A DNA stretch of 64,000 bases from Candidatus Bathyarchaeota archaeon (GTDB lineage Archaea; Thermoproteota; Bathyarchaeia; TCS64), in contig CAWGAT010000044.1 in the NCBI GenBank assembly GCA_963820555.1, forward strand, positions 45,638-109,637, read 5' to 3'. Shown in pieces: positions 1 through 9,626 of this stretch. The position numbers and the translations under genes are program-made. Positions within the stretch are counted from its first letter, which is position 1. Every line of letters begins with the position of its first letter. The notes beneath the pieces are model-generated. The model searched no databases. It was not told the DNA's origin and saw only the letters and a program-made list of their open reading frames with translations.

Positions 1-448
1 GCATTATTCCCTTGTTCCGTCCCTAAAAACCGCCAAGGTGAAGAATAAATACGTATTACTCAGTTTGCTGGATTTTTTACAAACCTGAAGCTCCCTACTG
101 TTCAGCCAGCGATCTCTCCACGCCCTCTCGCTCAACTTGGTCGCCATAGGCATTTTAAGCGGGTTTATACCGTAGGCCGTAAGAACAATAAGTGCCATTC
201 TAAGCTTTCATCTTAAAAGATACTAGAGCCAGAATGAAGAAAGAGAGCTCGATAAGAAAAAAAGAAAGATGTTTAAACAGAATACCCGGAAAAAGAAGCA
301 TAGCAGGAACAGGGTTAAGGCGATTGTTGCAGCAAGGGTTGCCGCAGCCAAAACCTTGATAATAAAATGATGCGCTCAGCCTCAGACAATAACGAAAAAG
401 CGTTAAAAGGGCCTAGGTGCACCTTTTTTTACCTCCTCACAAAGAGGT

Positions 449-712
449 TTGCACCTAAACCGGAGGCGGAGAGCCGAACGGATGGAACGTTTAGAAGAGA
501 TCAGCGACGAAAACCTGTTTTGGCTCTACCACGAAGAGCTTGAGACGATAGATCGGGGTTCGAGCATCACTTCCCCTATTCCGAAGCCCGTCACGAGGAG
601 TCTTATAGCCCCGGGGATCGTAGAATATGGGAAAGGGCTCGACGAGACTTCGGGTCTCGTCCTGAGCCCGAGGGGCAGGAAGATGCCGGACAGTTACAAG
701 GCGGAGATTTGA
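449..712 (+). CDS. hypothetical protein (start more likely ATG 482, MERLEEISDENLF...)
   Basis: 87-aa ORF with GC-rich coding-like composition; no recognisable motif. Confidence 0.3.
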   Translation: MHLNRRRRAERMERLEEISDENLFWLYHEELETIDRGSSITSPIPKPVTRSLIAPGIVEYGKGLDETSGLVLSPRGRKMPDSYKAEI

Positions 713-862
713 AGTGAAGTTGAATTCAAGGGTCTTGGCTCACAGCATGGCTTCGTTATCATTCGGGGTTCTATGTCTGCTTTTTACAGCGGGCGTGGAA
801 AAATCCGGCGCTATATGGAGCTACGAGAACGTCTCAAAGGATCTTAGGAGGAGGGCTGAGGA

Positions 863-1441
863 ATGAGCGAAACAAGCCCCTACGATGTGAAGATACAGAA
901 CGTCGTCGCCTCGGCGACCCTCGACCAGAAGATAAACCTCCTCGACATCATGAAGATCTTTAGAAACGTGGAGTACAGGCCGAAGCAATTCCCCGGACTC
1001 GTCTTCAGGCTTAAGCGGCCGAAGACGGCGACCCTCATATTCGGCAGCGGTAAGATGGTCTGCACGGGGGCGAAGTCGGAGAAGCAGGCGAGGAGCGCGG
1101 TGAAGAAGGTGGTCAGGGAGCTGAAGACGAACGGGATCATCATCCTCGGGAAGCCGAAGATAGTGATCCAGAACATGGTCGCCTCCGCGAACCTCCACGG
1201 CAAGATCGACCTGGAGACGATGTCCGACGTCTTGGAGCACGTTATGTATGAGCCTGAGCAGTTCCCCGGCCTGATCTACAGGATGACAGAGCCCAAGGTG
1301 GTCCTGCTGGTATTCGCCTCGGGGAAGCTCGTGATAACTGGGGCCAAGAGGGAGGAGCAGGTCCATGAGGCCGCCGACAAGATCAGGGCCATCCTCATCG
1401 ATTATGATCTGCTTTACCAAGGAGAAGATCTCCAGTCCTAG
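863..1441 (+). CDS. tbp: TATA-box-binding protein
   Basis: Two TBP direct repeats: QNVVASATL..FPGLVFRL..TLIFGSGKMVCTGAKS and QNMVASANL..FPGLIYRM..LLVFASGKLVITGAKR. GGAGGAGGG SD-like sequence just upstream. Confidence 0.97.
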   Translation: MSETSPYDVKIQNVVASATLDQKINLLDIMKIFRNVEYRPKQFPGLVFRLKRPKTATLIFGSGKMVCTGAKSEKQARSAVKKVVRELKTNGIIILGKPKIVIQNMVASANLHGKIDLETMSDVLEHVMYEPEQFPGLIYRMTEPKVVLLVFASGKLVITGAKREEQVHEAADKIRAILIDYDLLYQGEDLQS

Positions 1442-1550
1442 CTCGAGCTTTCGGCTTTGGCCGTCCTTGCCGACAGCGCACTAGCTTTGAAATATTCCTC
1501 AAAGAGAGTCAGAGTTTACTTCAATGGGAACTTTTTCTAAACAGTTATCG

Positions 1551-1556
1551 TTATAT
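1551..1556 (+). promoter_or_regulatory. TATA-like box (TTATAT) for gene 1583-2146, consistent with a leaderless transcript
   Basis: TTATAT centred about 29 nt upstream of ATG 1583 in an AT-rich spacer. Confidence 0.35.
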
Positions 1557-1582
1557 CTGCTTTCGCTGAAAGATTAACCAAC

Positions 1583-2146
1583 ATGTCTACAAAGGAGACA
1601 TGGACGCCGGAGGAAGAGGAGGTCCTGAGAGAAAAATATCCAACAACTAAGAACAAGATGTTGTCTGCTCAGCTGAATAGATCCATAGACTCCATCAAGA
1701 TGAAGGCTTCCCGCCTAGGGTTAATCAAGGAGATAAAAGAGGAACCAGCCGATCAGACCGATAACAAATTTATTCTCATGAGTCGGGAGGACGCGATGAA
1801 GCTCGACAAGTTCGACCTACTCAGCTGGAACTGGGGACTACTCGAGATGTTTCGGAGGGAGCTTAACAACCCCAGCCTCAGGCCGAGGGATCGCGTCAAG
1901 CTCATGTGCTCCATGAGCGCCCACACCGTCACCATAAACTCCATCATGAAGGGGAGCGAGGACCAGCTCGGTGAAGAGGAGGACCTTAAGGCGGTGTTCC
2001 TACGCCTAAAATCGGAGGATGAGAATCAGTCATTCTCCTCGAGGCGATTCAGAATTGGTGAAAGTACATTCGTCATAACACGCGACATAAAGAAGGAGGC
2101 TAAGAAGAATAAATCTAACCAACGAAGACCGACAACTCCTAGTTAA
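1583..2146 (+). CDS. SANT/Myb-like HTH protein, possible small-terminase-like partner of the downstream TerL-like gene
   Basis: N-terminus WTPEEEEVLREKYPTTKNKMLSAQLNRSIDSIKMKASRLGL resembles a SANT/Myb helix-turn-helix. Its stop lies 1 nt before the TerL-like start. Confidence 0.6.
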   Translation: MSTKETWTPEEEEVLREKYPTTKNKMLSAQLNRSIDSIKMKASRLGLIKEIKEEPADQTDNKFILMSREDAMKLDKFDLLSWNWGLLEMFRRELNNPSLRPRDRVKLMCSMSAHTVTINSIMKGSEDQLGEEEDLKAVFLRLKSEDENQSFSSRRFRIGESTFVITRDIKKEAKKNKSNQRRPTTPS

Positions 2147-2147
2147 G

Positions 2148-3533
2148 TTGATACTCGAGGACAACTCCTTCGCGCGCAAGGTCAGGCGGGAGGCCATGCG
2201 CCTAGTCGAGGTAGCAATTCGCGACAAAGAGGTAGTTAAGAAGATGGCCTCCGACCCGATCTTCTTCTCCGCCCTCATACTCGGACAGCGCCACACCCCC
2301 TACCAGACCAAGTTCCTCAACTCCAAGAGCAAGAGGATAATCCTCAGGTGGCCTCGACAGTCGGGGAAGACTCACAGCCTCGCAGCCTACTCAATCTGGT
2401 ACGCTAGCACCCATCCCAAGTCTACCACCCTCATCGTCGCTCCAACTCAGAGGCAGAGCATGATTCTGAATGACGTCATCAGGGAATTCATTGAGGACAT
2501 CCCGGCGCAGGTCCGCCGCGGCATGGTCAAGAAGGATACAAGAACAATCATGCACTTCACAAACAAGTCTCGCATAGTCGCCCTCCCAAACAGCGAGAAC
2601 CTTCTAAGAGGATACACAGCCAAACTCATCATACTCGACGAAGCCGCCTTCTTCAAGGACGACGAGACCATCTTCAACCACGTACTCAAGCCCATGCTGG
2701 CCACAACGGGCGGCAAGATGATCGTGAGCAGCACCCCCTGGGGGAAGAAGAGCCAATTCTACAAGATCAACTGCGACCCAAACTGGGAGCTGCACCACGC
2801 AACCTGGAGAGACGCGAGGGACGCCGGGCTATACACGACGGAGTGGGTGGAGGAGGTTGAAAGGACACGCGAAACCCTACCTATGTCCTACCTCGTGGAG
2901 TATGAAGCCGAGTTCACCGAAGACGTCGACACGTGGCTCAGCCAAGACATACTCGCCAAAGGCTGCTGTGAGGAGGTAGAATACATCTCCTTCAACAAGC
3001 AAGCCCAGGGTAGCTTCTATATCGGCGTCGACATAGGAGAACGAGTCGACTACACCGCGGTCGCCGTCCTCAAGAAAGAGGGCAACACACTAGACCTCAT
3101 CCACATGCACCGCTTCCCCCTCATGACAAGCGTCCCAGCAGCACTCGGCTACCTCAAGGTCCTAGGCGAGAGGTGGCGAAACATCCGAACCACATACTTG
3201 GACTCCACAAAACATGGAGATCTCTTAATCAACGACGCCACATCGTCGCAGGTACCCAATCCCAAGGGAATAAGCTTCAACCAGGAGAACAAGATGGAGA
3301 TGGCCCAAATCATGCAGCAGCGCCTCAACGAGGGTAGGCTAAGACTGCCTTACGACAGAAGCCTCCTTGATGAACTCAACGTCGAACAGTTCCAGCTCAC
3401 GAAGACCGGACGAATTGAATTCAGCCACGCCTCTGGCACTCACGACGACAGGTTCTGGGCGCTGGCGCTAGCAGTCTACGCAGCCGAGAAGGATATACTT
3501 CCATCTAGACCAATTGTGAAAGGAGCGACATAG
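2148..3533 (+). CDS. terminase large subunit-like ATPase-nuclease (TerL-like)
   Basis: Walker A-like RWPRQSGKTH, Walker B plus catalytic Glu KLIILDEAAFF, coupling motif VSSTPWG. C-terminal RNase-H-like acidic motifs YIGVDIGERVDYTAVAVL and HDDRFWALALAVYAA. TTG start. Confidence 0.8.
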   Translation: MILEDNSFARKVRREAMRLVEVAIRDKEVVKKMASDPIFFSALILGQRHTPYQTKFLNSKSKRIILRWPRQSGKTHSLAAYSIWYASTHPKSTTLIVAPTQRQSMILNDVIREFIEDIPAQVRRGMVKKDTRTIMHFTNKSRIVALPNSENLLRGYTAKLIILDEAAFFKDDETIFNHVLKPMLATTGGKMIVSSTPWGKKSQFYKINCDPNWELHHATWRDARDAGLYTTEWVEEVERTRETLPMSYLVEYEAEFTEDVDTWLSQDILAKGCCEEVEYISFNKQAQGSFYIGVDIGERVDYTAVAVLKKEGNTLDLIHMHRFPLMTSVPAALGYLKVLGERWRNIRTTYLDSTKHGDLLINDATSSQVPNPKGISFNQENKMEMAQIMQQRLNEGRLRLPYDRSLLDELNVEQFQLTKTGRIEFSHASGTHDDRFWALALAVYAAEKDILPSRPIVKGAT

Positions 3534-4040
3534 TAATTTAGTGAGCTTTGATCATCCGGTAAATGGTGAGTTCAATGAGAAGTCATATTAAGAAAGATAT
3601 AATAAAGTCTCTCTAATAATGATACAAATCTGCTATACTTAAATAAACAATACACAATCACACCCATTGGTATAAGTAAGAAGAAGACACTAGCAATCGA
3701 CTCCTTAATCAACAATAGAAAATTCATACTAGCAGTCAATCGTGAAAACTATTCTCATCCTTAACGAAGTCTTTGTATTTGAGTTGCTCAAGAATCTCGC
3801 TTGGAATTTCACAGTTTAGCTCGATCTCAGCCACTCCCTGAAGTGTATCTCGTTTTAGCGCCGATTTTTACTACGCTGTAACCGATGTTTATATAATCAA
3901 AATATTGTTTCCCCGTAACGTCATTAACATGCCCCCGAAGAAATCCTTATCTTCACTAGATGATAACGGGAATCAATTGAACACATCGTCAGCACCTATA
4001 AAAAGTAAACCAAATAGTGTTAGAAGAGGGAGTGAAACAG

Positions 4041-5249
4041 ATGGCTACTGAGCGTAAAGGCTCATTCAGTTTCATCGCATCGTTGATCATTCTTCTAATA
4101 ATCCTTAGCCAAACCCAAAGCGTCCCAACTACATCCGCTGAGCGAGACAGAACAACGCTGTCAAAGGACATATGGACGTGGTACTATCCTGAAACCCCAC
4201 ACGATCCAAACGAAATTCTCTATGAATATGCTTGGGTCCACGAGACGCTCAGCCTCAAGGTCTCCACGAACAGGATCAAAGTAGGCGATACTATCACAGT
4301 AGCAGCCACGTGCACTTATGACCGGGTCGACGGTAGAGGGAAGGGCATTGGCGGATTCAACATAGAGCTCAGCGGCTGGAAGTACGAGGTCATCTCTATG
4401 AGCCCACCCATGGTCATGGGGTCAGAGCATGGCCAATTCGGCGTCATGTGGCAGAACTCCGTCCAGTACCCATCGCCGACTACCTTCACTGTGACAATGC
4501 GGATAACCGGCAAGGTGAAGGGCGACGTATGGCACTACATCGGCTCCTACGTCAGGGCCGACATGGCCTTACCAAACACGCGCACAACAACGGACTATGT
4601 GATTGTGAACCTCAACCCGCTTCTACCCGACATCCCGCTTCCACCGCAGTCACCTACTCTTCCGGACGTCCTTAAGGACTCGAAGCAGCTTGAGGAGCTC
4701 GCTCAATCCAACCCGAGCTTATTCGAATCCACAGTAAGAGGAGCCGTGAAGGGCACCATAGGTGAAACGTGTCAATGGTTCAAAGGACTGGACCTGTGGC
4801 ACGGCTTGATCGACCGCGTATGTAAAAACATTGGCCTGCCCACTCCAGACACCTTGCTGGAGATGAACAGGGTCGAGAAAAGCGCCCTTGAGACGCTTAT
4901 CGACGTCAATGGGCCATTTGAAATAACTGGAGACATCGCCCAAAACCTGAAGTTAACTATCCTTAGCATCGACCAGATGAACGCCCGGCTCTCACAGGGC
5001 AGCCCGGATGCCCTTACTAAGAACGCGGAGCAGATCGACGAAATCCAACCCAACTTAGAGGTATGCCTCAGCAACGTGCAACGATTAATCGACGAAGCGT
5101 CATCGCTCTCAAACACCAACAACCCGGATGACATCATCAAGCAGCAGGAGCTCCTTAATCAGCTAACGATGATAATGGAGGCGACAACGAGCATGATGGA
5201 GGTCATATACAGGACCAATGCGATGGCAATAGACTCTCTGGGTAGGTGA
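4041..5249 (+). CDS. secreted or membrane-anchored hypothetical protein
   Basis: N-terminal hydrophobic signal/anchor FSFIASLIILLIILSQTQS, beta-rich middle, helical C-terminus. TATA-like CCTATAAAAAG and GAGGGAG SD upstream. The ORF track begins at 4017. Confidence 0.6.
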   Translation: MATERKGSFSFIASLIILLIILSQTQSVPTTSAERDRTTLSKDIWTWYYPETPHDPNEILYEYAWVHETLSLKVSTNRIKVGDTITVAATCTYDRVDGRGKGIGGFNIELSGWKYEVISMSPPMVMGSEHGQFGVMWQNSVQYPSPTTFTVTMRITGKVKGDVWHYIGSYVRADMALPNTRTTTDYVIVNLNPLLPDIPLPPQSPTLPDVLKDSKQLEELAQSNPSLFESTVRGAVKGTIGETCQWFKGLDLWHGLIDRVCKNIGLPTPDTLLEMNRVEKSALETLIDVNGPFEITGDIAQNLKLTILSIDQMNARLSQGSPDALTKNAEQIDEIQPNLEVCLSNVQRLIDEASSLSNTNNPDDIIKQQELLNQLTMIMEATTSMMEVIYRTNAMAIDSLGR

Positions 5250-5273
5250 TGCCCTCATAACGAGGCGTAAACC

Positions 5274-7013
5274 ATGAATCTCAAAGCAATCACCATCATC
5301 ACATTTACACTTCTACTCATAGCGTCGCTAGCTCCAAACGGTGCTTCAAAGTCGACAACAGCCAGCTCGAGTAACCCTCCAACAATCAAAGAGGCCTTAA
5401 CCAGTTCAGTGATGACCTGTCTCGTATTCAACTGCGCGAGTCCTCCATTCAACGACACACAGTTCAGGAAAGCAATAGTCTACATGATCGACAGGGAGAC
5501 TATAATCAGCAACCTCACAGACACAGCGATCAAACCCCTCAACACATTCCTCCCCGAGAGCCTAGACGGCTGGGTGAGAAACGAGTCCAACGCCGAATTC
5601 AACCTCGAGAAGGCTTGGAACACTCTCACCGACGCAGGCTACGCCGTCAACATCACCTCCAACAGGAGGATCAACCCATCCACGGGGAGGGACCTAAGAG
5701 ACATGACTATCATCACGCCGCCGATTTGGGAGGATGAAGCACAATGGGTGGCGGGAGAGACCATCAGCCTCTACGCGATAATCCTGAGGCTCCCCGTCAA
5801 ACACACAACGATGACATCAAACCGATTAAGGGCGCTCAACTCGGGGAACGACACAGTCGACATGGCCGTGATGAACCTCACCATCAGCTTACCTCCACAC
5901 GAACTCTACAACATCCTACACTCCCAAGCCGACGCGTCGATTCATAGCCTCACCGGGATCAGTGACCCCACACTGGACGGTGCACTCGAGGACTTGAAGA
6001 AGGGTGCAAACGAATCCGTTCAGAGGGAAGCCGCATTTAGGATACAAGAGAGGCTGGCGGAAATCGTCCCATACGCCCCAATCTGCGTACCTGTATCGGC
6101 TAAGGCAGATCAGACGGTCAAGTCTGGTACTCACCTCATCACCTTTTCCTTTGAGAAGATAGGTAAGCCAAGCGACGAGAACTCTTCATCAACGGATACT
6201 CGGAGCCTAGCCGCCGCATTCGACTATGTGGAGTTCTTGAACGAAAATAGGAACTCAGTAGGCATGACCGACATAGGCTTCGAGGGCTCAGCGCTGCTCA
6301 TGGGCGCAGGATGGTACGCGAGCGAGGGAGCCTGGGACGACGTGGAGAATTTCGCTTGGGCCGGCAACGGTGGGTTTAACGCATCCGTCCTCGTCGAGGC
6401 ACAAGTGAAACCGACATATATCTCATTCAAAGCAACATCCTTTCCGCTCACTGAATCCGTGAAAGTCATCGTTGATGATAAGCAAGTTGGAGAAGCTTCA
6501 GTGACCCGTGACTGGCACGTGTATACTCTCAAGCTCAACAGAGAGCAGAGCAAGATAGAATTCTCTACCCTGGCCATCAACTCTACGCTCGGTGAACTGG
6601 CCACCATCAGGGGCTCCCTTACGCCACCACTCCAAAACGAGCTGGTCACATTAACCGTGAAAACACCAAGTAACCATACTTTGACTCTGTCAAACTCAAC
6701 TGGGTTGGATGGCGGCTTTGTCTTTACGCTCAAACCAGGTGAGAAGGGATCATGGATCAGCAGAGCAAGTTGGACAGGAAACGACGACTATCTCCCCAGC
6801 GTAAGTAATCTACTAACCATCCTAGTGCACGAGGATGAGAAAATCTCAGGAGCGGATGTGGCAGGTTATCCACTAATATCATTAGCTTTAGGGCTACTAT
6901 CCTCTCTAATATTAATTAAAAACATACGTCGCCATAAAACTGAGGGGGGGTTCATCGTTGTCATATTTGCAACAATGAAATCGAATAAAAAAATAATCGA
7001 AGATTTTCTTTAA
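5274..7013 (+). CDS. surface-anchored glycoprotein with a partial family-5 solute-binding-protein core
   Basis: Signal peptide. FNCASPPFNDTQFRKAIVYMIDRETII and EKAWNTLTDAGY match OppA/DppA-type SBP motifs, but the usual N-terminal lobe is absent. Many N-x-S/T sequons. C-terminal TM anchor YPLISLALGLLSSLILI plus a basic tail. Confidence 0.6.
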   Translation: MNLKAITIITFTLLLIASLAPNGASKSTTASSSNPPTIKEALTSSVMTCLVFNCASPPFNDTQFRKAIVYMIDRETIISNLTDTAIKPLNTFLPESLDGWVRNESNAEFNLEKAWNTLTDAGYAVNITSNRRINPSTGRDLRDMTIITPPIWEDEAQWVAGETISLYAIILRLPVKHTTMTSNRLRALNSGNDTVDMAVMNLTISLPPHELYNILHSQADASIHSLTGISDPTLDGALEDLKKGANESVQREAAFRIQERLAEIVPYAPICVPVSAKADQTVKSGTHLITFSFEKIGKPSDENSSSTDTRSLAAAFDYVEFLNENRNSVGMTDIGFEGSALLMGAGWYASEGAWDDVENFAWAGNGGFNASVLVEAQVKPTYISFKATSFPLTESVKVIVDDKQVGEASVTRDWHVYTLKLNREQSKIEFSTLAINSTLGELATIRGSLTPPLQNELVTLTVKTPSNHTLTLSNSTGLDGGFVFTLKPGEKGSWISRASWTGNDDYLPSVSNLLTILVHEDEKISGADVAGYPLISLALGLLSSLILIKNIRRHKTEGGFIVVIFATMKSNKKIIEDFL

Positions 7014-7030
7014 GAGAAAAGAATGAAAAG

Positions 7031-7058
7031 ATGTTACTAGTAACATAACTAGTAACAT
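7031..7058. repeat. 16-bp perfect palindrome ATGTTACTAGTAACAT followed by a direct copy AACTAGTAACAT
   Basis: Read directly in the spacer between 5274-7013 and argH. Confidence 0.7.
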
Positions 7059-7170
7059 CCGGCTTAAATAGAGAAAAATCCACAAAATCATAACTGAATA
7101 TTAACACAGAATATTCAATTCAGAGAGAATACAAACTAGCACCAAGAGCAGGTTCATTGAAGAAAATATC

Positions 7171-7215
7171 ATGTTACTTGTTACTAGTACCCCCCCTCCC
7201 CCCTCCGCATGAGGG
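7171..7215. repeat. ATGTTACT-TGTTACTAGTAC repeat followed by a C7-T-C6 tract and a small hairpin (CCCTC-CGCAT-GAGGG)
   Basis: Read directly; related to the 7031-7058 palindrome about 125 bp upstream. Confidence 0.6.
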
Positions 7216-7290
7216 TCTATAATCATCGTATGAGACAGACGCCAAACGCGACAAAACACCCCCTAAACGCAACACCCGCGTCGCAACGCC

Positions 7291-7297
7291 TATAAAC
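7291..7297 (+). promoter_or_regulatory. TATA box (TATAAAC) for argH, consistent with a leaderless mRNA
   Basis: Centre lies 27 nt upstream of ATG 7321. Confidence 0.45.
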
Positions 7298-7320
7298 GGT
7301 CCAACCCAAACCCTAGCCAA

Positions 7321-8830
7321 ATGGCCAAACCAGTGACCCAGGGAAGCCTATTCAGGTCACGCCTAGGGAAGGAGTTCGACAACAAGACAGCAGTCTTCCA
7401 CACGAGCGTCAACGAGGACCTCCGAATCTTCGAGGACGACATCAACTGCACCACAGCCCACGACATAATGCTCCACGAGCAGGGCATCATCCCCGCCAAG
7501 GAGCTCAAACTCATACTCGCCGCCCTGGAGGAGATCCGACAGAAGTGGCGCAGAGGAGAAGTCACCATAGGCGCCGAGTACGAGGACGTACACGAGTACA
7601 TCGAAACCACCGTCATCAAGCAGATCGGCATCGAAGCCGGCGGAATGATCCACACCGGCCGCAGCCGAAACGACCAGGTAGTCACCGACATCAAGCTCAG
7701 GCTGCGCGAGGACATCCTCAACATGAGCGAGGCTACCCTCAACCTCGTCGACGCCCTCCAGAAGCGCGCCACCGAGCACGCGGACACACCAATGATCCTC
7801 TACACCCACGGACAACACGCCCAGGTCGGCACCATGGGCGCCTACCTCAGCTGCTACGCCGACATCCTCCTCCGAGACCAGACTCGCCTAACGGAGCTCT
7901 ACGCAAGAGTCAACACCAACCCCCTCGGCGCTGGGCCAGTCGGTGGAACTAGCATCAACATCAACCGCAGGCGCACCACCGAGCTCCTCGGCTTCGACGC
8001 CATACAGGAGAACTCCATCGACGCCACCAGCAGCCGTGACTGGGCCATGGAGACCGCCGCCGTCTGCGCCATAATCATGGGTGACCTCAGCAGGATCGCC
8101 GCGGACATCCTCGAGTGGAGCACAGTCGAGTTCGGATACATCGAGCTCGCCGACGAGTACGCCTCAAGCAGCAGCATCATGCCTCAGAAAAAGAACCCGA
8201 GCACCATCGAGCTCCTCAGAGGCAAAACCGGGGAATCATACGGTGCCCTAACCGAGCTGCTGACCATGGAGAAGGGGCTAACCACCGGCTACGTCCAAGA
8301 CCTCCAGGAGACGAAGCTCACACTCTGGCGCACCATCGACAACACCCAGATATGCCTCGAGATCATGGCGGGCGCGGTCGCCACCATGAAGATCAAGCCG
8401 GAGAGACTCGCCAAGCCCCTCCAGGGCAACTTCGCCATGGCCGTGGAGCTCGCCGAGACCCTCGCAAACGAGACCAGCCTCAGCTTCCGCGAATCCTATA
8501 AAATAGCCGCCGACCTAGTCAACCTCACCATAAGCCGCGGTGCAACACTCGACAAGCTCAAGCCCGGAGGACGTCGAGGCGAGTGCCACCAAACTCTACA
8601 AGAAGAAAGTCAAGGTCACACAGGCACTCATCGACAAGGCAACTGACCCAATTCAGAGCCTCCACCGCAGGGTCAGCCTCGGTAGCCCGAGCCCCGTCGA
8701 GGTGAAGAAGATGCTAAAGGAGCACGGCGCAGCCGCCAAGAAGCAGAGGGCCGAACTCGCCAAGAAGAAAGAGAGCGTAGAAACCGCCCTCAAGAAGCTG
8801 CAACAAACCGCCGCAGCCCACTCAGCCTAG
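7321..8830 (+). CDS. argH: argininosuccinate lyase, interrupted by a 1-nt frameshift near 8566
   Basis: Fumarate-lyase family motifs TGRSRNDQV and SSSSIMPQKKNPS. The frame changes at ccc-g-gaggac (extra G), and the last ~88 aa continue in ORF 8540-8830. Confidence 0.9.
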
Positions 8831-8873
8831 CCCCAAACCCCTTTAAACACGCCGCCCACATTAACTGACACCC

Positions 8874-9620
8874 TTGAACAACCGAGACATCCTCATCCTC
8901 GGCGCCCTCATCATTGCGGGGGCAGTCGCCGTGGAGCTCTACAGCAACTTCTCCAACCCATTCATAGACTACGCCCCCACAGGCTACACGAACCTCCTAA
9001 TCGGGGCACCCCAACGATTCAACTACTACAAGGACGGCGACCTCATAGGCACATTCACCTACACCCTAAGTGGTCAGACAAGCGGAGGCTCCACCCTATA
9101 CACACTCGACACGGCCGTCGACATCATCTACCAATTCAACCACCTCACAGTCAACTCCACATACCAATTCCACAGCGAGGTCTCACACGTCGGCTACAAC
9201 TTAGACTTCGGTCAAAACGGGACCAAGACCAACCTCCGATGCGTCTTCGCCGGCGACAAAGTCAGCGTAATGAGTGACTCACAGGGGAAGAACCAGACGA
9301 TCTCAGTCACCCTCCCCTCAGACACGGTCCTCGTCGACAACAACAACCCAGCTCATTGGGAACTCCTTGCCAAGAGCTTCAACGCCAAGGAGGGTAGCAA
9401 ATACAGCATTAACGCCTTCGTCCCACAGGGCGGCGTAGTCCAGCAATTCGAATACGGCGTCGACACGGCCCACCAGTTCGTAAGCATCGGCTCGAAGAGC
9501 TACGAGTGCGTCGTCACTAGAGAGCCCAACTTCGAGATCACCCTATACTTCTACAACGGCGACCTAATCCAATACAAGAACGACGTCGACAACATACTAA
9601 TAGTGAAGCAGCTGCCCTAG
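8874..9620 (+). CDS. hypothetical membrane-anchored protein
   Basis: TTG start; N-terminal TM helix ILILGALIIAGAVAVELY; beta-rich remainder; no recognised motif. Confidence 0.55.
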   Translation: MNNRDILILGALIIAGAVAVELYSNFSNPFIDYAPTGYTNLLIGAPQRFNYYKDGDLIGTFTYTLSGQTSGGSTLYTLDTAVDIIYQFNHLTVNSTYQFHSEVSHVGYNLDFGQNGTKTNLRCVFAGDKVSVMSDSQGKNQTISVTLPSDTVLVDNNNPAHWELLAKSFNAKEGSKYSINAFVPQGGVVQQFEYGVDTAHQFVSIGSKSYECVVTREPNFEITLYFYNGDLIQYKNDVDNILIVKQLP

Positions 9621-9626
9621 CCACCC

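Noticed and set aside
4-198. 64-aa minus-strand ORF at the window edge
   Set aside because: No motifs and a non-coding-like sequence. It cannot be supported.
821-1420. 199-aa minus-strand ORF (and 880-1203) overlapping tbp
   Set aside because: It lies antisense to an unambiguous TBP gene. The sequence is low-complexity and rich in Leu/Arg/Pro/His, which is typical of shadow ORFs in GC-rich coding DNA.
7290-8501. Several ORFs antisense to or out of frame with argH (7290-7787, 7363-7818, 7545-7952, 7899-8180, 8115-8501)
   Set aside because: The peptides are Arg/His/Pro-rich or otherwise low-complexity and fully overlap a well-supported argH frame. They are compositional artefacts.
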